A stretch of DNA of 28,226 nt from Myxococcota bacterium. Its GTDB lineage: Bacteria; Myxococcota; XYA12-FULL-58-9; JABJBS01. Shown piece by piece: positions 1 to 8,487 of this stretch. Made by a program: the position numbers and the translations under genes. Position 1 is the first letter of the stretch, and every line of letters begins with the position of its first letter. The stretch lies in NCBI GenBank assembly GCA_036339465.1, contig JAYZAY010000055.1:1-28226 (forward strand). The letters are read 5' to 3'. The notes beneath the pieces are model-generated. The model was not told the origin of the DNA, ran no database searches, and worked only from the letters and a program-made list of their open reading frames with translations.

Positions 1-16
1 CTCAACGGAGAAAGCC

Positions 17-1084
17 ATGACAGCTGTAGCCCTTAAGCTCATGATTCGCGATATTCGAGCCGATGGTCACCTCAGCCTCGCTGAAGCCAAAACGCTCCTA
101 AAGCCAGAAAACGGCATCGGAAACAAAATCGACGGTGATGAGTTTGAACTCATCTCTAACTTGCGTACCGACATCAAGAAATTCGAAGCATCCACCAAGC
201 CCGCAGAAGAACAAGCAAAAGAACTCACCGTGGCCAACAAGGACCGCGTTCTCGACAAGGGCACCAAGATTGGCGCCATTGTCGGTGGCACGCTTGGAGG
301 ATTGGTAGCCATTGCAGCCGCCATTGGTGCTGGCAGCGTCGGTACTTTTTTCAGCACAGTTATTTTTAGCGGCCTCCCGATTTTGGGGATTGGTGCAGGC
401 ATCGGAGCATTGGCCGACCACATCCACGGTCGCCGCAAGCCGGTCACTAAGGCAGATGTTGAAAACAACACCGAAGCCGCAAAGACAGCAAAAGCCCACC
501 ATGTGCATGACGAGGTCCAAGACGGCGTGAAGAAAGGAGCTAAAATCGGCGGCGCTATCGCAGGTGTCTTTGGAGTTGGTTTTACCCTCGGCATCATCGG
601 TTTCTGCATCGAAGGCGGAGTGGCCGCTATCCCCGCCGCATTGGGTCTTTCTGCCCTCGTAGCCATTCCCCCAGTAGGTATCGCCGTAGTCGTCCTAGTT
701 GGCCTAGGTGCAGTGGCTGGCCTCATCAGCTTAAAGATGCGTCAAAACCGGAATGCAAAGGTACCATCCGGACCTATCAGCGCAGACCCAGAAGCCAAGA
801 AACTCCTCGATGAAGCCCTGAGCAAAGGTGCCACCGCCAAAAACCACGTCAAGAGCGGCATGAAAACCGGCACCATCGTGGGTGGTGTAGTCAGTGGCCT
901 CGGCGCTATCGCTTGGGGCGTCGCTAGCGTGAAGGTCTTCATGACAAGTGGGGTGGCCATGGGCTTCATGATCACCGGGACGCTTTTCCTTCCCCTCGGC
1001 GTGGCTGCTTTAACCCTCACCGGCGCATGTGCTGGCATCGGGGCTTTGGTTGGTCACATCCGCAACAAGCGCGCGGCTGAATAA
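17..1084 (+). CDS. Orphan membrane protein, 355 aa, with three glycine-zipper hydrophobic hairpin repeats and an N-terminal degenerate EF-hand-like pair
   Basis: ATG at 17 with GGAG at 7-10. Three repeats start KGTKIGAIVGG (aa 81), KGAKIGGAIAG (aa 173) and SGMKTGTIVGG (aa 280); each has two GxxxG-rich hydrophobic segments and ends in a basic patch (HGRRK, KMRQNR, HIRNKR). No recognisable enzyme motif. Confidence 0.8.
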   Translation: MTAVALKLMIRDIRADGHLSLAEAKTLLKPENGIGNKIDGDEFELISNLRTDIKKFEASTKPAEEQAKELTVANKDRVLDKGTKIGAIVGGTLGGLVAIAAAIGAGSVGTFFSTVIFSGLPILGIGAGIGALADHIHGRRKPVTKADVENNTEAAKTAKAHHVHDEVQDGVKKGAKIGGAIAGVFGVGFTLGIIGFCIEGGVAAIPAALGLSALVAIPPVGIAVVVLVGLGAVAGLISLKMRQNRNAKVPSGPISADPEAKKLLDEALSKGATAKNHVKSGMKTGTIVGGVVSGLGAIAWGVASVKVFMTSGVAMGFMITGTLFLPLGVAALTLTGACAGIGALVGHIRNKRAAE

Positions 1085-1191
1085 GTAACAACCTTTACCT
1101 TTATTCAACACGAAGCTCCCCTGAATCTCATACTTGGACCCTGAGTCTTTTTGAGTTGGCGCTACCCTTCTCGGTCCACTCCCGATACGTT

Positions 1192-1210
1192 GCGCATAAT
1201 TATCATTATC
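1192..1210. promoter_or_regulatory. Possible Fur-box-like operator in the intergenic region upstream of nuoA
   Basis: GCGCATAATTATCATTATC matches 14 of 19 positions of the classical GATAATGATAATCATTATC consensus. The site is AT-rich and about 290 bp from nuoA, so support is weak. Confidence 0.25.
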
Positions 1211-1500
1211 CACCAAATACAAGTCTTAGAAAAAACATTTTCCTCCAGCACTTGATAGCGCAACTCCCTTCTTATGAGATTAGACAATCTCTATTAGAGA
1301 CGCCGTTAGACATGGTGTGTCGTTGTGGCTGCAGTCCTAGGCGCTCTCAGCTTGGAAAAAAACAGCGGCCTAACAAAAAACGAGAGTCCAGGCGAGACAA
1401 CCCAATCTGACTTCCCAAAAACCGCCACTCATTTGTGTTTCCCTAAGAGTTACTATATGGGCCAACGGCGGTTTTACTGCTTTTCCAGGAAGTATTTATC

Positions 1501-1863
1501 ATGATGGATCAGTGGCCCCCGGCAATTGTTTTTCTGGCACTCTCGGCAATCGTGCCAATTTCTATGGTGGTGGCGGCCCGTTTTCTCGCAGTGCACCCCA
1601 TCGAAGATGTAGAAGCCAAACGAGACACCTACGAATGCGGTGAAGACCCCGACGGCGTTGCCTGGATGCGCTTTCATCCCCGCTATTATCTCGTAGCACT
1701 GGTGTTTGTTCTCTTCGATGTAGAAACCGCTTTCCTACTCCCTTGGGCCATGGGCTTAGAGGATTTCGGAGGCTTCGGAATCGTGGAAATGTTTATTTTC
1801 TTAGGTATTCTAATGCTCGGGTGGGCTTATGCCCTGCGTAAAGGGGCGCTAAAATGGCAGTGA
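1501..1863 (+). CDS. nuoA: NADH-quinone oxidoreductase subunit A
   Basis: 120 aa, three hydrophobic helices, YECG loop, RYYLVALVFVLFDVE, C-terminal KGALKW; AGGA upstream. Confidence 0.97.
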   Translation: MMDQWPPAIVFLALSAIVPISMVVAARFLAVHPIEDVEAKRDTYECGEDPDGVAWMRFHPRYYLVALVFVLFDVETAFLLPWAMGLEDFGGFGIVEMFIFLGILMLGWAYALRKGALKWQ

Positions 1864-2624
1864 ACGAAGCCCACGATCCCAACAAACTTCACTACGAGAA
1901 TCCATTCTTCCAAAAGATGATGTCGGTTCCTGGTCTCAGCGTCGCCATGTCCACTGTGGACCAACTCATGGCCTGGGGTAGCGCCAACAGCCTCTGGATT
2001 TTCCCCATGGCAACCTCCTGTTGCGGCATTGAATTTATGGCCGCTGCCGCCTCGCGTGTGGACTTAGACAGAATTGGCTCCATCGCTAGAGGTTCTCCCA
2101 AACAATGCGATGTCATGGTCGTGGCGGGTACCATCACCGTGAAAATGGCCCCGCGCGTCAAGAAGCTCTGGGACCTCATGCCCGAACCCAAGTGGTGCCT
2201 GGCTATGGGATCCTGTGCCATCAGTGGCGATTTTTACCGCGATATCTACTCAGTCATTCCAGGGATCGATACCGTGGTTCCGGTGGATGTTTATGTCCCG
2301 GGCTGCCCTCCCAACCCAGAGCAACTTATGGCCGGACTTATGAGACTCCAAGAGAAAATAAAACTACAGCAGCAAGGCAAATGGACCGCCCCCGAAACCC
2401 GACCCGAAACCGAAAAAATGATTGTCCCCGAAGTTGGCCGCCTGTGGGAATCCGACAGAAATACAGAAATCACCGAGGGCCAGATTTCCCGCTGCGCCAC
2501 CCTCGGCCTTAACGGAAACGAGATGGCCCAAAACGACGAACCAGAACTTGTTCAGATCCGCAAAAAAGGCGACCAGATCCCAACTCACCTCTCCTTTGCC
2601 GCAAACCCGAGTAAAAAAGGATAA
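1854..2624 (+). CDS. nuoB: NADH-quinone oxidoreductase subunit B with an ~86-aa C-terminal extension
   Basis: TSCCGIE (adjacent Cys pair binding N2), SPKQCD, MGSCA, VDVYVPGCPP; overlaps the end of nuoA. Confidence 0.97.
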   Translation: MAVNEAHDPNKLHYENPFFQKMMSVPGLSVAMSTVDQLMAWGSANSLWIFPMATSCCGIEFMAAAASRVDLDRIGSIARGSPKQCDVMVVAGTITVKMAPRVKKLWDLMPEPKWCLAMGSCAISGDFYRDIYSVIPGIDTVVPVDVYVPGCPPNPEQLMAGLMRLQEKIKLQQQGKWTAPETRPETEKMIVPEVGRLWESDRNTEITEGQISRCATLGLNGNEMAQNDEPELVQIRKKGDQIPTHLSFAANPSKKG

Positions 2625-2630
2625 AGAGTC

Positions 2631-3143
2631 GTGACGCCAAAGCTTTACCAACAAATTGCTCCCCTCCTCACACCCACTGTGGATGCCGATGGCAACGCCC
2701 TGCCCATTACCCCAGAACAAGTGGTCAATTTCGGGATGATGGTACCCCAAAATAAACACCTCGCCTTAGCCCAACTCCTCAAAGAAGCTGGCTATTCCAT
2801 ATACGTCACGGTGGTAGCCAGCCATTGGGAAGAACAAACCGTTAAGGGAAAATCGGCACCAGACCCCGAGCACTTCGAAGTGGCCACTGTTGTCCGCCAT
2901 CCAGGTCCCGGCGCCACCACCACTTTTAGTTGGCGTGTGCGCCTAGAGGTTGGGGAATCCATCGACAGCTTGGTAAGCCTCTATGCCGGCGCCGATTGGC
3001 AAGAACGCGAACAATACGACCTCGTCGGGGTTCGGTTTGATAACCACCCAGACCTACGGCGCTTAATGATGCCCGAGGATTGGCCGGGACACCCCCTAAG
3101 ACGTGATTATGCCATCGATACATCGCATTTTCCGTGGAGATAA
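2631..3143 (+). CDS. nuoC: NADH-quinone oxidoreductase subunit C
   Basis: ADWQEREQYDLVGVRFDNHPDLRRLMMPEDWPGHPLRRDY signature; GTG start. Confidence 0.95.
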   Translation: MTPKLYQQIAPLLTPTVDADGNALPITPEQVVNFGMMVPQNKHLALAQLLKEAGYSIYVTVVASHWEEQTVKGKSAPDPEHFEVATVVRHPGPGATTTFSWRVRLEVGESIDSLVSLYAGADWQEREQYDLVGVRFDNHPDLRRLMMPEDWPGHPLRRDYAIDTSHFPWR

Positions 3144-3149
3144 AGAACC

Positions 3150-4340
3150 ATGTCCATTGCCATGCCATCTCCCTTCGTTGCCGATCCGTATTTGGATATC
3201 GATGATTACGATTCCGATGCCGACTTAATGGTTCTCAATTTAGGTCCCCAACACCCGAGCACCCACGGCGTTTTCCGGATCAAACTCATCCTCGACGGGG
3301 AAATCATCATTAAAGCCATTTCCTACCCCGGGTACCTTCACCGAGGCGTAGAAAAACTTTGTGAGAAACTCAACTACGCGATGATTACCCCCATCGTGGA
3401 CAAAAACGATTACATCTCCCCCATGATCAATGAGCAAGCCATTAACATGGCATTTGAATCATTGATGGGGGTTGAAGTGCCACGGCGAGGTCGTTGGATC
3501 CGCACCATTCTAGCGGAAATGCAACGAGTTGCCTCCCATCTCATCGCCCTCGGCACCTTCGCCATGGATCTCGGCGGAGCCATTGGCGGTGGAGCTTCCC
3601 TCTTTATGTACATGTTCCGGGATCGGGAACTCATCCTAGATTGCTTTGAAGAATTGACGGGCTGCCGGTTCCATTACAATACCCATATTGCAGGTGGGCA
3701 ACGCCACGACCTCCCCGAAGGATGGAGTGAAAAAGTCAAAACCGCACTCGCTCAAATCACCCAACACCTAGAAGATTGCAAACAATTGGTAGTGGAAAAT
3801 CCGATCTTCGCTGATCGCACCAAAGGCGTGGGCGTTATCACCCAACAACTCGCCCTAGAATTAGGCCTCCAAGGCCCCATCGCACGGGCAAGCGGGGTGG
3901 ATATGGATTTGCGACGAGACGCTCCTTACCATTGTTACGATGAAGTCAAGGTAAACGTGGTCACAGAATCAAGCGGTGATACGTGGGCCCGATTCATGGT
4001 GCGACTCAGAGAGGCTCAGGAAAGCATTCGAATCGCCACAGAAATGGTGGATGGAGTGCCTGTTGGCCCCATTTTCGCTGGTAAAGTCGTCAAAACCGCC
4101 ATTGCCATCAAAATCAAGGAAGGTCAAAGCTACGTGGCTGTGGAAAGCCCTCGGGGAGAACTCGGCACCTACCTAATTGCGGGGGGCCCAAAAGGTATCT
4201 CCCCCTATCGTCTCAAAATACGACCGCCGAGCCTCCATGCCATCAGCGCCATCCCGTACATCCTGCCTGGTAATAACGTGAGTGATGCCATTGCTATCTT
4301 GGGTAGCCTAGATCCCGTCATGGGGGAGGTCGACCGCTAA
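3150..4340 (+). CDS. nuoD: NADH-quinone oxidoreductase subunit D
   Basis: NLGPQHPSTHGVFR, GYLHRGVEK, ESPRGELG, C-terminal LGSLDPVMGEVDR; lacks the NiFe-binding CxxC pairs of hydrogenase large subunits. Confidence 0.97.
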   Translation: MSIAMPSPFVADPYLDIDDYDSDADLMVLNLGPQHPSTHGVFRIKLILDGEIIIKAISYPGYLHRGVEKLCEKLNYAMITPIVDKNDYISPMINEQAINMAFESLMGVEVPRRGRWIRTILAEMQRVASHLIALGTFAMDLGGAIGGGASLFMYMFRDRELILDCFEELTGCRFHYNTHIAGGQRHDLPEGWSEKVKTALAQITQHLEDCKQLVVENPIFADRTKGVGVITQQLALELGLQGPIARASGVDMDLRRDAPYHCYDEVKVNVVTESSGDTWARFMVRLREAQESIRIATEMVDGVPVGPIFAGKVVKTAIAIKIKEGQSYVAVESPRGELGTYLIAGGPKGISPYRLKIRPPSLHAISAIPYILPGNNVSDAIAILGSLDPVMGEVDR

Positions 4341-5359
4341 TGAGCAACCTATCGGAAAACATAGAATTATTCATGGGCAACCCCTGGGGCCGCGGCGTGG
4401 TGCTCAGCATCGCCATTGTGACGGTGGTTATGACCCTCATCGCTTGGACTATATGGTTCGAACGAAAATTCGCTGGCCGCATGCAAAATCGGGTTGGACC
4501 CACTTTTGTGGGCCCCTTTGGTCTTCTCCAACCCCTGGCAGATGTCATTAAGATGCTCCGTAAAGAACTCATTATCCCGCGCGGCGCCGATCCCTTTCTC
4601 TTTTTACTCGCCCCACCTTTGACCTTATTTTTTACCTTGGCTGGATTGGCGGTGGTTCCCTTTGGCCCCTCCATTGTGGTTGCAGATTTGGAACTCGGCG
4701 TCCTATGGGCACTGGCATTTTCCGGACTCCTGCTCTTTCCGATCTGGATTGCCGGTTGGGCAAGCAACAACAAATACGCATTGCTCGGCGGCATGCGCGC
4801 GGTCGCTCAAGGCGTGAGTTACGAAGTGCCTATGCTCCTCACAGCACTCGTCCCCGTGATTCAATGCAGTTCGTTCAACATCACAGAGATTGTCAATTAT
4901 CAAATTGCCAACGGCTGGGTGATTTATTGGCCCCCCGGCCCAGGCATTTTCGCCGCCGCGATTTTCTTTGTGGCAAGCCTCGCCGAGGCCAACCGAATCC
5001 CCTTTGATATCCCAGAAGCTGAAAGTGAACTCATCGCTGGTGTCGGCGTAGAATATACAGGAATCCTCTACGGGCTTTTGCCCCTATCTGAATACCTTCA
5101 CACATTGATCTCCAGCGCCCTGGTCGCTGCGCTTTTTCTCGGCGGCTGGGATGGCCCCTTCGCACCTGGCATGCACTGGATGATCCTGAAAACCCTGACC
5201 CTCTTCGTCGGCATCCTGTGGATCCGGTGGAGCTTGTTACGCTTCCGCTCCGACCAACTGCTCCGTATCTGCTGGTACTGGTTGGTTCCTATTTCCATGC
5301 TCACTGTCTGTGCGGCAGCCCTCTCTAAATATCTATTGGCAAGCGGAGGTTCGCTGTGA
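4340..5359 (+). CDS. nuoH: NADH-quinone oxidoreductase subunit H
   Basis: ERKFAGRMQNRVGP, GLLQPLADVIK, SNNKYALLGGMRAVAQGVSYE, EANRIPFDIPEAESEL, RFRSDQL; its start overlaps the nuoD stop (TAATG). Confidence 0.97.
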   Translation: MSNLSENIELFMGNPWGRGVVLSIAIVTVVMTLIAWTIWFERKFAGRMQNRVGPTFVGPFGLLQPLADVIKMLRKELIIPRGADPFLFLLAPPLTLFFTLAGLAVVPFGPSIVVADLELGVLWALAFSGLLLFPIWIAGWASNNKYALLGGMRAVAQGVSYEVPMLLTALVPVIQCSSFNITEIVNYQIANGWVIYWPPGPGIFAAAIFFVASLAEANRIPFDIPEAESELIAGVGVEYTGILYGLLPLSEYLHTLISSALVAALFLGGWDGPFAPGMHWMILKTLTLFVGILWIRWSLLRFRSDQLLRICWYWLVPISMLTVCAAALSKYLLASGGSL

Positions 5360-5865
5360 AATATTTTTACTACGCTCTCCGCTCCATGTGGGTCACCTTG
5401 ATCAACCTCTTACGCAAACCTACCACCGATACGGGTTTTCCGCTTAACCCAAGACCCCGCCCCGAGCGTTACCGCACAAGCTTCGCCCTCGTTCACGATG
5501 AAGATAAAGAAGAAGCCTGCATCGCTTGTGCAAAATGCGAAATGATCTGCCCTTCTCAGATCATCACCGTCACACCGGGTAAAAAACGCGAATCACCCGC
5601 CACCGGAAAAAAACGAGGCTATCTCGATGATTTTACCCTAGATCTTCAGGCCTGCATCTTTTGCGAGCTCTGCGTTCAGGTTTGTCCCACAGATGCCATC
5701 CTCATGACCAGGTCCCCTCACAGGCCCGGGTTCGCCCGTGAGGACCTCCTACTCACCATGGACCGACTCTACGCCAACGAACCCCATGTCACTTGGGGCA
5801 CGGCCTCCTTGTTACTAGAAATGCAAGACCCTAAGCGCAATTTGCCCACCCAGGAAGGTGAATGA
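5356..5865 (+). CDS. nuoI: NADH-quinone oxidoreductase subunit I (2x[4Fe-4S])
   Basis: CIACAKCEMICP and CIFCELCVQVCP; GTGA overlap with nuoH; GGAGG RBS. Confidence 0.96.
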   Translation: MKYFYYALRSMWVTLINLLRKPTTDTGFPLNPRPRPERYRTSFALVHDEDKEEACIACAKCEMICPSQIITVTPGKKRESPATGKKRGYLDDFTLDLQACIFCELCVQVCPTDAILMTRSPHRPGFAREDLLLTMDRLYANEPHVTWGTASLLLEMQDPKRNLPTQEGE

Positions 5866-6356
5866 TGCTCGAATACGTCGCCTTTGGAATCATCAGCACG
5901 GCAATCGTGGGCTCAGCCATCGGGGCGGTAACGTCACGTAACTTGGTGCACTCTGTGCTTTTCTTAGCCTCTACCCTACTCTCCACAGCCGTGCTCTATG
6001 TGCACCTAGAGTCAGCCCTCATCGCCGGCATTCAGGTCATCCTCTACACGGGCGGCGTGATCACGCTCATGCTCTTTGGGATATTACTCACCGACGACAC
6101 CCATGCGGTCACACGTCAAAACCGTAGCACCGGGCACCTCGCCGGAGGCATTGGTGCCCTGGCTATGTTTGGATTTATCATCGCGAGTATCCACCAAAGC
6201 GCGCTACCATCCTTGCCGCAAACCTTCGACATCAACGCCAAAAGCATAGGATTTGCCTTCCTAACAAAGCACCTCCTCGCATTTGAAGCACTTTCTCTCC
6301 TCCTTCTCGCAGCCTTAGTCGGGGCCGTCGTTCTGGCCAGAAGGAGTGACCCATAA
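5862..6356 (+). CDS. nuoJ: NADH-quinone oxidoreductase subunit J
   Basis: RNLVHSVLFL, QVILYTGGVITLMLF, FEALSLLLLAALVGAVVLA; ATGA overlap with nuoI. Confidence 0.95.
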   Translation: MMLEYVAFGIISTAIVGSAIGAVTSRNLVHSVLFLASTLLSTAVLYVHLESALIAGIQVILYTGGVITLMLFGILLTDDTHAVTRQNRSTGHLAGGIGALAMFGFIIASIHQSALPSLPQTFDINAKSIGFAFLTKHLLAFEALSLLLLAALVGAVVLARRSDP

Positions 6357-6655
6357 TGACACTCGCAGCCTATCTCATCGTCGCCGCAGCGGTGTTTTGT
6401 TGTGGACTCTACGGGGTGCTTACCCGGCGAAACGCCATCGGTATGCTCATCGGCGTGGAGCTCATGGCCAATGCCGGCAACATCAATCTTATCGCTTTTT
6501 CCCGTTTTCTCGGTCAAGTAGACGGACAAGTCTTCACTCTCTTCGCCATCGCACTAACGGTAGCTGAAGTGGTGGTGGGGCTTGCCCTAGTGCTGTTACT
6601 CTACCGCAGTCGAAAAAACATCGATGTCGTTCAAGCCTCGGAGATGAAGGGATGA
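6356..6655 (+). CDS. nuoK: NADH-quinone oxidoreductase subunit K
   Basis: 99 aa; RRNAIGMLIGVELM and LTVAEVVVGLAL carry both conserved Glu residues. Confidence 0.96.
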   Translation: MTLAAYLIVAAAVFCCGLYGVLTRRNAIGMLIGVELMANAGNINLIAFSRFLGQVDGQVFTLFAIALTVAEVVVGLALVLLLYRSRKNIDVVQASEMKG

Positions 6656-8487
6656 GTACGTCGCTCTTGATACTTCTAACATTGTTCACCCCTGTAGGCG
6701 CTGCCCTGACGCTAGGGCTTCTGCCAAACTTTCGCCGGGCGGGCCGGCCCGCTGAGTATCTGAGCGTCGCGGCGGCTTTCGTCTCTCTGATTGCCGCAAC
6801 CGTTCTTTTTATAAGACAACAGTTGGTTTCCGATGCCACACCCCTCTTAGACACCCATATCCGTTGGCTCAGCCACAATGGGAAATCCCTGGTTGAAGTG
6901 GGTGCCACCATCGACGGTATTTCCGCCCCTATGCTTTTGGTGGTCGCCTTGGTCGCATTTTGCGTTCAGCTCTATTCCATGGGTTATCTAGCCGGTGAAA
7001 GCGGTGACGCTAGGGGGCGCTACTTCACCTATCAATCGCTCTTTATCTTCGCCATGGAGGCCATGGTGGTCGCCCCCAACGCCTTCCAGGTTTTTATGGG
7101 CTGGGAGCTCGTGGGTATGTGCTCTTATCTTCTCATCGGCCACTACTACCAAAAGCCAAGTGCTGCCCGTGCTTCACTTAAGGCATTTTGGGTTACCAAA
7201 TTTGCCGACATGGGACTTTTGTTTGGGCTTTTGGTTTTGTTCACAGTGGGGGGCTCCTTTGGCTGGGACAGCACCACCGTAACCAGCCTGGGTAGTTCGG
7301 GCGCAACCGCCGTCGCCGCGCTTTTCTTACTCGCCGTGGTGGGAAAATCCGCCCAATTCCCCCTTCACATTTGGCTACCCGATGCCATGGAAGGCCCCAC
7401 TCCGGTTTCCGCCTTACTTCACGCTGCCACCATGGTCGCCGCGGGTGTATATCTCATCGTGCGAACCTACCCTATTTTTGCGGCCGCTCCCGATGTGCTC
7501 ACAGTTATGGCCTATTTAGGGGCCTTCACCGCATTCTTTGCGGCCTGTGTGGCTATGGTCCAAACCGACATCAAAAAGCTCCTGGCCTACTCCACATGCT
7601 CACAACTCGGCTACATGGTCGCCGCCCTAGGTACTGGATCCCTCATGGGTGGCTATTTTCATCTCAGCACCCACGCTTGCTTCAAGGCTCTCCTCTTTCT
7701 CGCTGCCGGCTCCTTCATTCATGCCGTCCACAGCAACGAGATGGAAAATATGGGCGGGTTGTGGGCGAAGATGAAACTCAGTGCCATCCTTTTCATTATC
7801 GGTTCTCTCGCTTTGGCGGGACTGCCCGGTCTTTCAGGCTTCTTCTCCAAAGAGGTCATTCTCGAAGAACTTTCCCATAGTGGCCATGCCCTACCTTTTG
7901 TCGCCTGCATGCTCACCGCTGGTATGACCGCATTCTACATGACCAAAGCCTGCTTACTCGCGATTTTTGGGCCACCCTCCGAAGGCGCGCGCCATGCCCA
8001 CGAAAGTCCAAAAACGATGCTTCTACCCATGGGCATATTGGCGGCACTTTCCCTCGTGGCGGGCTTTGGCGGCACCATGCTCGCGCAGATGTACGGAGTT
8101 GAATACGCCTTTCATTTTGGAACAACCGGTATCATCGCCACAGCATTGGGGTTTGCGGGCATCGGCTTGGCGCTATTTGCCTATCTCCCCTCTCGGCGCG
8201 CCAACAATCCATTTGGAGCCCTAACTTCCGTGGGAAGCTTCATTCGATATGGCGCCGTAGACCGAACGGCTGCCTTCGCCTATCGCAACGGACTCTGTAA
8301 AATCGGCGCCGCAATCGGCTGGTTTGACCGCTACGTCGTGGATGGGGTCATGAATCTAACCGGGTGGTTGCCACTGGTAGCCGCCCAAAGATTGCGCCGA
8401 ATTCAAACCGGTGTGGTCACCGACTACGTCTACGGTGTAATCGTCGGTCTCATCGTGCTAATCGCTATGGGGACGGTGTTCAAATGA
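6652..8487 (+). CDS. nuoL: NADH-quinone oxidoreductase subunit L
   Basis: GWELVGMCSYLLIG, GKSAQFPLHIWLPDAMEGPTPVSALLHAATMV, DIKKLLAYSTCSQLGYM, HACFKALLFL, C-terminal D.YVVDG...RRIQTG. Confidence 0.97.
   Translation: MSTSLLILLTLFTPVGAALTLGLLPNFRRAGRPAEYLSVAAAFVSLIAATVLFIRQQLVSDATPLLDTHIRWLSHNGKSLVEVGATIDGISAPMLLVVALVAFCVQLYSMGYLAGESGDARGRYFTYQSLFIFAMEAMVVAPNAFQVFMGWELVGMCSYLLIGHYYQKPSAARASLKAFWVTKFADMGLLFGLLVLFTVGGSFGWDSTTVTSLGSSGATAVAALFLLAVVGKSAQFPLHIWLPDAMEGPTPVSALLHAATMVAAGVYLIVRTYPIFAAAPDVLTVMAYLGAFTAFFAACVAMVQTDIKKLLAYSTCSQLGYMVAALGTGSLMGGYFHLSTHACFKALLFLAAGSFIHAVHSNEMENMGGLWAKMKLSAILFIIGSLALAGLPGLSGFFSKEVILEELSHSGHALPFVACMLTAGMTAFYMTKACLLAIFGPPSEGARHAHESPKTMLLPMGILAALSLVAGFGGTMLAQMYGVEYAFHFGTTGIIATALGFAGIGLALFAYLPSRRANNPFGALTSVGSFIRYGAVDRTAAFAYRNGLCKIGAAIGWFDRYVVDGVMNLTGWLPLVAAQRLRRIQTGVVTDYVYGVIVGLIVLIAMGTVFK

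Noticed and set aside
1168..1193. Possible fourth copy of the orphan-gene promoter motif on the minus strand (GCAAC-N13-ACCGAGAA)
   Set aside because: The spacer is 1 nt shorter, the -10 box has two mismatches, and it points antisense into the end of the gene at 17-1084 with no credible ORF.
1854..4340. Group 4 [NiFe]-hydrogenase (Ech/Hyc/Mbh) interpretation of the nuoEFG-less operon
   Set aside because: The large subunit lacks both CxxC Ni-binding motifs and ends in GEVDR; the small subunit has the complex I CC pair; nuoA, J and K are present.
8364..8483. Extended N-termini in the ORF track for nuoM (8364), the nitrate reductase (24804), narK (21824), the YceI-like gene (16427), and the orphan starts at 15483 and 15977
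   Set aside because: Downstream ATGs have proper RBSs or ATGA coupling, and the extensions overlap upstream genes or promoter motifs.
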